Below are positions 24,181-36,718 of a DNA stretch of 64,000 nucleotides, in pieces. The position numbers were made by a program, and so were the translations under genes. The stretch's first letter is position 1, and each line of letters begins with the position of its first letter. The DNA lies in assembly GCF_964204645.1 (NCBI RefSeq), contig NC_134025.1, positions 31,042,299-31,106,298 on the forward strand, given 5' to 3'. This stretch comes from Tubulanus polymorphus. Its lineage: Eukaryota > Animalia > Nemertea. The notes under the pieces are model-generated. The model did no database searches, had not been told where the DNA came from, and was given only the letters and a program-made list of their open reading frames with translations.

Positions 24181-24865
24181 CGATGTATTCTACTATTGTA
24201 ATGAAAACTCTTTTAAATTCAGGAGTAATCAGATTATCTCGGGTCGTGTTTGAGTTTGGAGCAGTTTACTATATTTCAGAGAATCTGAAGACTTATACGA
24301 AAGCAGAAACTTTGTGGTTATAGTTGAGATGATGATTATGTTGATATTTTGTATCCAAATAGTCTAATTGAAAATAGAAATTGAGACTGGAAAAGTGGAG
24401 ATGACTTCAGTAATGTGACGACTGTGACGACTGTGATCCATCAGATTAATGTGATATTGTTTGACCTAGTACCGGCGTGTTGCTGAATAATAACAATTGT
24501 TCAATATTCCCCGAGGTCAAATTCATTTATTAAAAAATCATGATTAGTCATTTATGATATACAGTGATATAAGGGGAGTGGATAATGAATCTCCCCTCAA
24601 CCCCCTCTCTCCTCCCTCCCCCTCCTCCCCCTTTAGGCGTATTGTTCCATTGTACACGATTAAAATATAATCCATTGTGTAAAGATTTAATTGTGAGTAT
24701 TGATTAACCTGGTTATGAATGATAATAAGGTGTGGGTATTGTGTATGCCTCGAGCTTTATCTCCGTTTAAAAAATAGAATATTGATTTTTTGGAATTGGA
24801 CGCAAGAATTTCTCTCGCCGAGAAATGTTTAAATGAGTTTCGATGAGCAAAAAAGTAATGATCTG

Positions 24866-24997
24866 AGCTGCTGTTGCTGCTGCTATGCTGCTGCTGCTGC
24901 TGCTGCTGTTTCTGGTGTTTTAGCTGATGTTGATGCTGGTGCTGCTGGTGCTGCAGCTGCTGTTTCTGGTCTTTTAGCTGATGCTGTTGCTGCTGGT
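24866..24997. repeat. Compound (CTG)n microsatellite ~230 bp upstream of the REV3L ATG exon
   Basis: Runs of GCT/GTT/GGT triplets with an internal duplicated CTGTTTCTGGTnTTTTAGCTGATG. Confidence 0.85.
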
Positions 24998-25226
24998 ACT
25001 CCCATTCTGTAGAACCGAGTCGCAATTTGTATTTCTAATACAATTTGCTGAGCATCATTTAAATAATTTGTCAACACTAATGATCGTCCCCAGTTTTACC
25101 AGATATAACAAAAAATATCAGCGGTGTATTTCTTATGTGATACAATATGTATGAACCACTGTGAAACATGCGTGCTGTGTGTAGATTATAAATAGTGATG
25201 TATTTATCTGATATTTCAGAGTGAAG

Positions 25227-28200
25227 ATGTTTTCATTAAGAATAGTCACCACAGATCACTATCTCTCGCCTCCTATCCCCGGTTTAGATGTTTGTCATTC
25301 AGATTTCCGTGGAACTGACGTGAAACGTGTCCCTGTTTTTAGAATATATGGATCGACACCTGCTGGTAAGTGATTGCAAACATAACACGTATTTTAGAGA
25401 CCATTTTTTCAATATTTATTCACAAACTAGTCGTCCACACTTCACATGTGTTCAGTGCTTCGCCTGAGACATTTCTAATTAAAAATGAATTACAAACACC
25501 AGATATTAGACATTTTATCAGCACACTTTCAAAAACTGATCGTCCACACTTCACATTACAGTAGTGAATAAGTAAAGGGGTGCAGGTTCCAGGCAGTGGA
25601 ATGTTGCCTGTCCAAATTCTAACAGCACTACTTATTACTTGCGATAAATCATTGAACCTAGCAATAGATTTTGGTAAATGATATTTTTTCAGCGTGTTTT
25701 AAAACTGTAGATTTAGCAGCAGATGTTTCTGTGACTGGTATTTAAATAGTATTATATTCATATAACACTGGATAAATAAAAATGAATTCCACTAATCATT
25801 ACACAGTATTACTGTGCTGCATACAAATATTTTTTGAGGTAAAATAATTGATAATTTTTCATTCTCTGAACCCATTTTTCATAGTTTATCATAGTAAAGT
25901 TTGACTCTGCGTTGATTGAAGATAAGTTTGTTTAAAATGTATTAATCCTTGAGTCTAACCCAGTGAAACCGTGGAACTGAATCCTGGTGATCTAAATTTC
26001 AGACCTATCACCAATGATTTACACAGTACATACAAATCCTTCATATCTGTCTATATACTCCATGCCAGTTATTAACATATTCACGAATTCACGAATAAAT
26101 TTGAATATCATTACTGTTTATGACCCTTTCTACTTTAAAGTCTGATTCTCATTTCAATTAGATTTAACTTATCTATTATTTACTGAACCAGGGCGGTCGC
26201 ACAAGCCCCCTGCCTCCCCTAAGGCGGGTAGGTTTCTCAAAAGCCCCTTTCTCCCCCTGACTAAACCGGGTCGGTCTCTCACAAGTCTCCTGCCTCCCCC
26301 TGACTAAAGCGGGTCGGTCTCTCACAAGTCTCCTGCCTCCCCCTGACTAAAGCGGGTCGGTCTCTCACAAGTCTCCAGCCTCCCCCTGACTAAAGCGGGT
26401 CGGTCTCTCACAAGTCTTCTGCCTCCCCCTGACTAAACCGGGTCGGTCTCTCACAAGTCTCCTGCCTCCCCCTGACTAAACCGGGTCGGTCTCTCACAAG
26501 TCTCCTGCCTCCCCCTGACTAAACCGGGTCGGTCTCTCACAAGTCTCCTGCCTCCCCCTGACTAAACCGGGTCGGTCTCTCACAAGTCTCCTGCCTCCCC
26601 CTGACTAAACTGGGTCGGTCTCTCACAAGCCCTCAGTCTGAAAAACAGGTTCATCAGATAAATGATGAATTACCTGATGATTAAGCTACTGTACACTAGT
26701 AGTGAAAGCTCATACTTTTAATAAACCTTCAAAGTAAAATCTGTCTTTACATAATTCAACTCTATGGTCCATTTATCAGCGGGTTTATCTGGGATAATTT
26801 TCTTACTTTTTGGGATATCGTTACCATACCTACCCCACCCTGATCATGTTGTCGTAACCCCACAAGAAAAATAACTTCGTAGGCATGGTGACAATTTTCA
26901 AATTGAAGATATTTCACAAAAGGTTTTTCTCTTCAATTCAACTTGATTAAACGAGACTCTTTTGTAATCATTGTTATCGATACAGAACTGGTTTATTATC
27001 GGATATTCAGTTGTTGTCCATGATTTTTAACATTCTGTTAAATACCTAAATGAGGTATCTGTATATAATATATCCCCAAAAAGCATGCGAAGTATCCCAG
27101 AAAAACAACAGGTCTCATTAATTCATAAATGAATTCTTTAAGTTCTAAACATAGTCTTTCGCCCCTAAACTCAAGTTCGACGATCGATTAGCACGTCAGA
27201 ATCGCTACGGACCTCCACCAGAGTTTCCTCTGGCTTCGTCCTGCTCAAGCATAGTTCACCATCTTTCGGGTCCCACCGTGTACGCTCTGGCTCCGCCCGA
27301 GGCGGTCCGGATGAGGTTCACCGTGCCGTCCCACCCAAATATTCTTAACGTAACTCTTCTAATATTGTTGTAATTGTTATTGTTGTTACAGGACAGAAAA
27401 CATGTATGCACGTTCACGGGGTTTTCCCGTATCTATACGTGCCGTACGACGGTCCATCATCGACTCATCGATATCTCAAACAATTCGCTATCAGTCTCGA
27501 TAAAGCTATAAACGTTGCCCTCGGTAACGCTTCATCTGTTTCACAACATGTCTTCAAAATATCGCTCGTCTCTGGAATGTAAGTTTCACTTATCATTCAG
27601 TTATCATTCAGTTATCATTCAGTTATCAATTAGTTATGTGTCTAACTATGGTATTTTTATATTTGGATGTTTTATTTGTTTCAGACCGTTTTATGGTTAT
27701 CACAATAAAGATAAACAGTTTATGAAGATTTATTTGTACAATCCTTCAATGGTTAAAAGGTAATATATCTATCTATCGATGAGTGAGGTATCTCACTGAG
27801 CCTGTAGTTGTCTCATTAACAATTACGTCACGGACATGTTCTAAATTGAACTCTAAATTAATCAGTTCCGTTTGCCTGATCTGATTGCTGTTAAAACGTT
27901 GAGGGTCTCGTGTTGAAAGGTGTCCTGCTCTCCTGTCCTCTGTCATATTGGCCCTGGTCTGGTGACTGGGTCTAGCTTCCCTGGTCTAGTCTGGCTTTAT
28001 CAATGAATTGACTATCGATCTAACCATGTATCCAATATCAATATTCATCCGATGAGAATTTAATGTTCATTTGTCAAATTCATCGTGTTTATATTTTTAG
28101 AGTTGCAGATTTATTGTTAGGAGGTGCGGTTATGAATAAAGTATTTCAGCCTCATGAAGCTCATATGCCCTACTCATTACAGGTAAGTTCAGTTTCATCT

Positions 28201-31200
28201 CTATATAAACCTAATATAAACTGGATCCAATTTCATCAAAAGTTCAGCTTAAAACAGTTTAGTTTTAAGTTTATTGTCTTCATCGAAAATATGAAGTTGC
28301 CAAAAGTAATTAAACCGAAAATTTTCAGTTAATCTTTGTCGTAAACCTGGGCCTTGGGGGTCTGGGCCTTGCGGTGCAGATTCATGAAAAAGCCAAAGCT
28401 TAAATCAGCTAAGTTTGAATTGTTGTCCTCGGCGAAAACATGAAGTAGCCACAATAGCAATTACACCAAAAAATGCGTCATTTTTGTGAAACTTAGTGCT
28501 CAGTTTTTGAGTTTCAGTTATCAGTTGACCAGAATGAAGGTGACATCAACAACTATGCTGATTCAGAATGCATCATGTTTGTAGTTATGAATTATAATTA
28601 TTTTCTCACAATTGAAATCGACATAGATTTTCTGTGATGTCGCTGCTGTGTGTGTCTATATTTTCTCCCTGTGGCAGCAGAAGATAGAGATGCATAATAA
28701 ATGCCTTCTGGCCATGAACTACAGAATAAACAGAATACGATGTGAAGTGTTAGAAATAACTGTATTTCATGTGTATAAATAATTGATTTTATTCAGACAT
28801 ATTTTAACCGTGTTCTCTGCGCACATGAGAGTTAAACAATTGAATATATCAATATTCAATATGGGGGCTGTTTTAAAAGTACATACGCATTATTTTGCTG
28901 ACTTTCAAATTTCCGGTCTCCTTCACTTAATGAATTTATGGATGGAAATTGAGCTCTCAAACTAAATCTTGCTGATTTTCACTTTTAATACGTATCGAAG
29001 GAGAACTTACAGATGGCTTTTTCAGTAAAATAAGGTTGATTTTTTAAAATTGATTAACGATAAACAGATTGAACTAATGTAGAATAAGTAACTGTTAATA
29101 TAAAGTAGACTTGAGTGCACTCATCTCAGAACCGATAGCCTTGGCTTAATGCGTGCCTCACGTGCCTATTGTCGCTCCAACTGCCCCAGCATTTTAACCA
29201 TCATTGCGCAGTCTACTGTAGATCAGAGGCAAGCCCTCAGTCTACTGTAGATCAGAGGCAAGCCCACAGTCTACTGTAGATCAGAGGCAAGCACAGTGTG
29301 CAGAAATATATACAATCTCCAACATACTGTGTTGTATATTAACTCAATCTTTTTATATCTAATCAATTCCTAAAATCAATATTCTGATTCTGATGGATCT
29401 TCGAATGAACTTTAGATGGGTTTGATCTAATTAATGATATACCGGGTCCCGATGTTTATTATTTCAGTTGTTTATTGATTACAATCTTTATGGAATGAAT
29501 ATGATAAATGTTGGAGCCGTGAAATTCCGTAATAAACTAAAAGATCCTTCAGGTAAATTGAATTACAAATCTGTTTTAATCATGTCTCCTCATTAGTTTA
29601 TCATTGATCTGATAGGTTTTAGTTGTAGCAACAGTCAAACTCTGTTCAAGTCTTCGTAAGTTGTGTCTTTTTTCGAGTCCCAATTCATATTTCCAATTCA
29701 ATTTACTTATTGTAAGACGTCATTTGGATAAGTCGTCAAATTACTGAAGTCATCTCAGTTTTTGAGTTCCAATTGATATTTCTAATTCTATCACAAAGTG
29801 TAAGATATGACTGATTTGTATCAGTCGTCGTATATAACTAATAAATCACCTTTGAATCCAAATCAGTCTACTAAGCATAAGTTGTCAATGAAATATCTTC
29901 CCGACTGCTATGACTTGAGCTTGAATCTTGACTCTATCAGAAATCATTTCTTGATTCATTTGTAAATGTTTGATGTTTTCATCGGAAAATAACAGTTATT
30001 TCTGTCCAATGTATTGTACATACTCGCATATATATATATAACATTGTACAACTGATTGGTGTAAATGTTATTCATGTTATTTACAGATGGAAGTTTCCAA
30101 CCACCACCATACAGTCCTTGTTCTAGTGGTGGTAAAGGGTCTCCAGTTGCACCTGGTACTCCTGCGTCTGGTATTATGTCACCAGGAACTCCCTGTTCAG
30201 TGATGTCGGTGGAATATTACAATCAATGTCGCAGTCCAAACGCTCATCGATGGGATCCGGAAAATATTCCTAGGTATTAGAAAAATCATCTTGTATGAAA
30301 TGTATACAGTAATCTCAGCTCAAGTTCTGAGATCATCCACCTCAGATATCACTATCAGAAGATCTGACTCGAGCTGAGTCTACTGTATCATCCAACTCAG
30401 ATATCACTCTCAAGTCAAAAGATCAGACTTGAGCTGAGTCTACTGCACCATCCAACTCAGATATCACTCTCAGGTCAAAAGATCCGACTCGAGCGGAGTC
30501 TACTGTACCATCCAACTCAGATATCACTCTCAGGTCAAAAGATCAGACTTGAGCGGAGTCTACAGTGTCATCTAACTCAGATATCACTCTCAAGTCTAAA
30601 GATCTGACTTGAGCGGAGTCTACTGTACCATCCAACTCAGATATCACTCTCAAGTCAAAAGATCAGACTTGAGCGGAGTCTACTGTACCATCCAACTCAG
30701 ATATCACTCTCAAGTCAAAAGATCAGACTTGAGCTGAGTCTACTGTACCATCCAACTCAGATATCACTCTCAAGTCAAAAGATCCGACTTGAGCGGAGTC
30801 TACTGTGCACCATCTAACTCCGATATCACTCTCAAGTCAAAAGATCCGACTTGAGCGGAGTCTACTGTGCACCATCTAACTCAGATATCACTCTCAAGTC
30901 AGAAGATCAGACTTGAGCGGAGTCTACTGTATCATCCAACTCAGATATCACTCTCAAGTCTAAAGATCTGACTTGAGCGGAGTCTACTGTATCATCCAAC
31001 TCAGATATCACTCTCAAGTCCAAAGATCTGACTCGAGCGGAGTCTACTTTATCATCCAACTCAGATATCACTCTCGAGTCAAAAGATCCGACTTGAGCGG
31101 AGTCTACTGTACCATCCAACTCAGATATCACTCTCAAGTCAAAAGATCAGACTTGAGAGGAGTCTACTGTACCATCCAACTCAGATATCACTCTCGAGTC

Positions 31201-34200
31201 AAAAGATCTGACTTGAGCAGAGTCTACTGTATCATCCAACTCAGATATCACTCTCGAGTCAAAAGATCTGACTTGAGCGGAGTCTACTGTATCATCCAAC
31301 TCAGATATCACTCTCAAGTCAAAAGATCAGACTTGAGCGGAGTCTACTGTACCATCCAACTCAGATATCACTCTCAAGTCTAAAGATCCAACTCGAGCAG
31401 AGTCTACTGAAACTACTGTAAAATCCGACTCGGATATCACTGTTGTGCTGGAGTCAACAGTTGTGTAGAACAGGTGGTATATTTAATCCGATGCAGGGAT
31501 TAAAAGAAAAGATCATTGATTATCTAGTATTACTAAGTTAGTGACATATGTAACTCGTCTGTGAACATTGGATGTATTGTATTTTGTTTATTGATTTTGT
31601 GGTATCGCATTTTCAGTAATTTACTATTAGAAGATGTTGCTAAACAGAGCACGTGTGAATTAGAGGTCGATGCTGTTGCTGCTGATATATTGAACAGACT
31701 CGATGTCGATGGTAAAATTTCAGTTTTATTTAGCTATACTTCCACAGTTGTGAATTATGAGTAGTTCATTATTACTGTTTTGGTTCTTAGAATCAAATGT
31801 TAACTTACAGCTGTAGGTTAACGGTCTCGGACACGGTTCCACAATAAGTTAGATTTCACTCTGAGTTGAGATATGTTGATTTTTAATGAGTAAAATATAA
31901 GTCGAATTGTTCCAGTTCTACAATAAGATTTGACTCTATAGGGCTAAAATATGAACATTATGTTAATGAACATTATTTCCACCTTCAACTTAACTGAAAA
32001 CTTCAGAACTGGATGCAGTTTCACAAAAAAGTTTATCTCTTAAAATCTATTTTGTTAATTGAGCTTATGTTATATCGATTTCGGCCCCAATCATCTTATA
32101 CAAACATAAAGTACTTTCTTCTTTTATTTGGCTTTGATTAATTTGTTATTAAGAATTGTATGATATTACAATGTCAACGATCAATAGTTTAAACGTTGTA
32201 GCGTTTATTTATCGGTAGGAACTAGTGGTAATAATCCTGGATTAATGGCATTGTGGGAAGACGAGAAACAGAGACGTCGTAGTCGAGGGCAACAATCGTC
32301 ACATTTATCACCTCACCAATCGCAAGGTACGAATTATCGATGAATTATCACTGAATTCAATTACAATTCATCAATAGAATGCTTAACCCTTCAATACCCT
32401 ATAGTGCTGGAGATAATTTGAAAATTTTGAATAATTCCACCCTAGTATGTTTAATAACGGGAATACCACTATAGTGCGTCTACACCGCGGCACGGTATAT
32501 TGTTATTTACTAATATTTCATTATGTTAGACAGGTGCTGCCATTTTTCAATAGAGATGATTACTGATTAAATCGATACACCGCAGTGCGGTGTACTAGCA
32601 AAATCCATCACTGATTTATACACCGCACTGCGGTGTAGACGCACTGAAAGGGTTAATCTAACTGTTTCTTTGTATTCCCGTGTGTTGCTGAAGATGATTA
32701 TTAGGATATAGTGGAAACATTTAATGAAATATATATGCACAAGGAAACATTTCGGCCTCATTTTTATTTGTATTGTGGGATTATCTTTTACTCTCTCTAC
32801 GTATAACTGTTTTCTATTTGACTTGTTGTTGTATTTGACATTTTGAGATGTTTTGATATTTTAACAGATCGTGGTTTGATTGAACCGACTGATAGCGAGA
32901 AACACTGGAAATCTCGATATAACGATATCATTCTCCAACAACAGAAAACCCTGTAAGTTTTTACTTTAATCGGGTACCATTTATAAAGGCATGTTCGATT
33001 CATCTCTTCCAATTCTGGAATTCTCTTTCAACCAGAATACGCCCTACATATTCCAGAATAGCATAACCTGTAAACCGTATAGAAGCAGCTGGTAGTGTGT
33101 TTCATAATCCATGATTTATATTCAAAAATAGGAATACGTTTAATCAAAACCTGCCTAAATATGTAAGCACCCATATGAGGGATGGGAGACTAAATGGGAT
33201 ACTTCCCCCTTGCCATGCACCACAATCACGGTTGATGTCTGGGATTGAATTCATTTCATTTGTCGCGTGATTTTATTATTGTTGTTGAAGTTATATTCAT
33301 TGTTGACAATATAACGCGATGTATTCTGATTTTTAAGGCATCAATAAAGTTTGTCGTTAGTTTTCTTGTTTGGATCTGCAGTCGTGTTACTAACTGTATT
33401 ATTTATATATCTAGACAAAAAGAATTGGAACAGTTTGAATGGGAAGATACCGTACAATCATTAACTGAATCTGCGACAGCTGCTGCTGGTGCTGATATTG
33501 ATTTTGATAATCCTCCAACCACCACCACTCCTACAGGTATGTGAACGTTATTTGAATATTGAAATAATCTTCTCAGTTATTCATAGTTTGTATAAAATGT
33601 ACAGCAAAAATTTGCCTAATTCTCCCATGAAACTAATCATTTTAGATGTCTATTTCAATTTGCATCAGGTGCCATAACACAGATTGGTTATAAATACCTG
33701 ATATAAGTGTTGAAATAACCAGCATAGATGTGCGATTATAAATCGATTTTTTGGTTCAGCTGCCCATCTGATCATTTTTAGAGCTTTTAAGAATTATGGC
33801 GCCCCTAAAGTTCATTCAAACAAGTTTCAATAGACATTAGATGTTTGAACTCATGTTTTAGGTTTGGATTTCATTCTCTATCACTGCCGAATAGTTATTC
33901 AAATTCCCATGGATGTTTTAGTAGTTAAATGCCACATTGATGTTGATATTTTTAGATTCTAGTCCCAGTTCTCAAGATACAGTCCTCGTAGAAGAAAATG
34001 AAAACGCAAATGTTGAACACGATAATCTTCCAGTAATTGATGTTAATTCGATAAGAAAAGTTGTTTCCAGCAGTCAAAGTTTTTCATCCACGTCTCAGTC
34101 AAACTCGCAACCAGGTAAAATGAAAATTCATATCACCTAGAATTCTAAATAATCGATGAATTGACATCAGTGAAATGTAGTATGTTACTAGTTTTGTATT

Positions 34201-36682
34201 GTGAGATTGGTTTTGAATGTTTGAAGTTAAAACAGCTGAAATTGTTGATCTCCCGGCATCTGGTTACATAGACTGATTACTCAAAAACAGTAACTAGGGA
34301 CCTGGGCCCGGTTTCACGAAAAAGTTTAAGCCTAAAACGGTTAAGTTTGAATTGTTGTCATCATAGAAAACATGAAGTAACCAATAGCGACTACACCAGA
34401 AATTTGAGTTTAACTTTTTCGTGAAACTGGATCCAGGTTTTATAGACTGGGAATCAGTAAATCCTCAATCTGGGTGACAACCACTGTAGTAAATGTGAGA
34501 AACCATGCTAGGCCTAATATGTGATAAATTTCAAAATGTTCCCAGGGATTATTTTGCTTCCACATTTATGAAACCCAGTCGTATAAAATATATTTGAATT
34601 ATAGTTGAGCAGGAAGACAGCGTATTAGCTGAATTATTGGCGTGTTTGGAGAAAGATCTGCCGTCACCGGGATCAGTGGCCTCGCAAGTGAAAATACTAG
34701 AGGAACAAGACAGTATCCTCGGGAGTAACCCTCAACATGACGACGACGATGAGGAACAAATGACGCTGGAGATGTCTCAGAAAGTTTGGAGCGGCGATCC
34801 GAAACAAATTGATCAGGAAAATACCGATGACACTGAAAAAGAAAAGTAAGATTTACGATTCCCGCATTACCCAGAAATTGGGTAAAGCTTGGCAATTTTA
34901 AAGTGTTATATTTGGGAATTCGATAGAATCCAGGGAAATATTTGGGAAATTCATTTAACGCTTCATGTAGTTTAGTTCTGGAAAGGGTAACTTTCTTCAG
35001 CAATTTTTCTTAATAATCACTTTTATCAATCAGTCACCTCTAAAATGTTGACTTGCCTGTCGTGTTAGAAGGTATCTGTTCATTTCCATTTGAGAATTGA
35101 AAAATCACCCATGAAAAACTTTGAATTTGAATTCATAAAACTGTTGGAACAATGAATGACAGATACAGATAGTAAAACTAATGATGTATTTCGTGTTGAA
35201 TTCACTGTTTAAACGACTGATGTGTTGTAATTGTAGGAATGATATTGAGAAGGATGACTTTGATTTAGCTGGCATGGATAAATCATGGAATAGTTCTCAA
35301 TGGGAAGAGGTGAATAGTAAACAAGTGCCTCAGTTAGACGGAGCTGGAGATGAGAAAATACGTAAGTTTCACAGTTTTTGGTTTCATCCTGGGTCCAGTT
35401 CCAAAGTTGTATGAGTTTAATTTAACTCTGGATCCAGTTCCACAGTTGTATGAGTTTAATTTGACTCTGGATCCAGTTCCACAGTTGTATGAGTTTAATT
35501 TAACTCTGGATCCAGTTCCACAGTTGTATCAGTTTAATTTGACTCTGGGCCCAGTTCCACAGTTGTATGAGTTTAATTTGACTCTGGATCCAGTTCCACA
35601 GTTGTATGAGTTTAATTTGACTCTGGATCCAGTTCCACAGTTGGGTTTAATTCTTTGCGACCCAGTTCCACAGGTGGAACCGGTTGCTGTTGTATTGATC
35701 AGTAAAACTCAGTTGTTTTTACTAATATTCAGGTTATTCACTCAGACAAAAAGAATCCGAGTCCAACAACAGGAGAATAGGATCAGTGGCGTCCCCTAGT
35801 GTCAGTAATTCTTATCAGACAACGCCGAACCCTCAATCTCCGTGGATGAACTCAGTGAACCCTACGATGACTAACAACATGCAAATAGTAATCAATAGTA
35901 TGAACGAAAAAGACAATCAGAATAGTGGCGCAGTCGTTACCGAGCAACCGGATATCCTGAGTCAAGCGATAGCCAGTAGCGGATTCCCGTTATCGGGAGA
36001 ATTCTCACCGACCAATCAGGAAGAAGAGACCTTGACATTCATTCCGGAGACGCAACAGAATATAAACATTGTTCCGTTAAATTCGAACAATGAGGTCATC
36101 GATTTAATGAATATCAATATGAATAACGTGCATAACAATAACATGCATGGATACATAGCTGCTTCATCGGAGAATACAGCGTGGATACAACAATCAGACG
36201 GTTACCAGGTACAAATACCGACGTCGTCGCCGAGGAACCATCGTTTACGCAGAATCGCTCCGTATCCGCAACAACACGGTAATATCGACATGGCAACCAC
36301 TATGCAGATGAATAACGGGCAGTTATTGACGGAGTTTATTCATCAACCTCCGGCGTTTACTCAGGTCGTACCGTCACAGAATCCAAACCATCATCACATC
36401 GGCTGTCCTCAAATGAGTTCGTTTAATCCTCAAATCAATCCTCATTTTCACTCTTCACCTCATCAACTACAAAACATGTACAACGCAAGCGGTTTCGGAC
36501 CGATCGGTTTAAACCAGAATAATCCGGCTTATTACCAACCTCAGCATCATCATCTATCACCGATGGAGATGTTGCATCACAGCGTCGAGGGTCTCGCCGG
36601 AGAGAATCACCCGGGGTTACTGAGTCCGATGAGTATGGCTTACGAGTGTCTGCAACAACAGCAACAACAAGATCGACAACGA

Positions 36683-36718
<36 letters not shown>

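Noticed and set aside
24687-25077. PolyQ/polyA minus-strand ORFs
   Set aside because: Translation artefacts of the CTG microsatellite.
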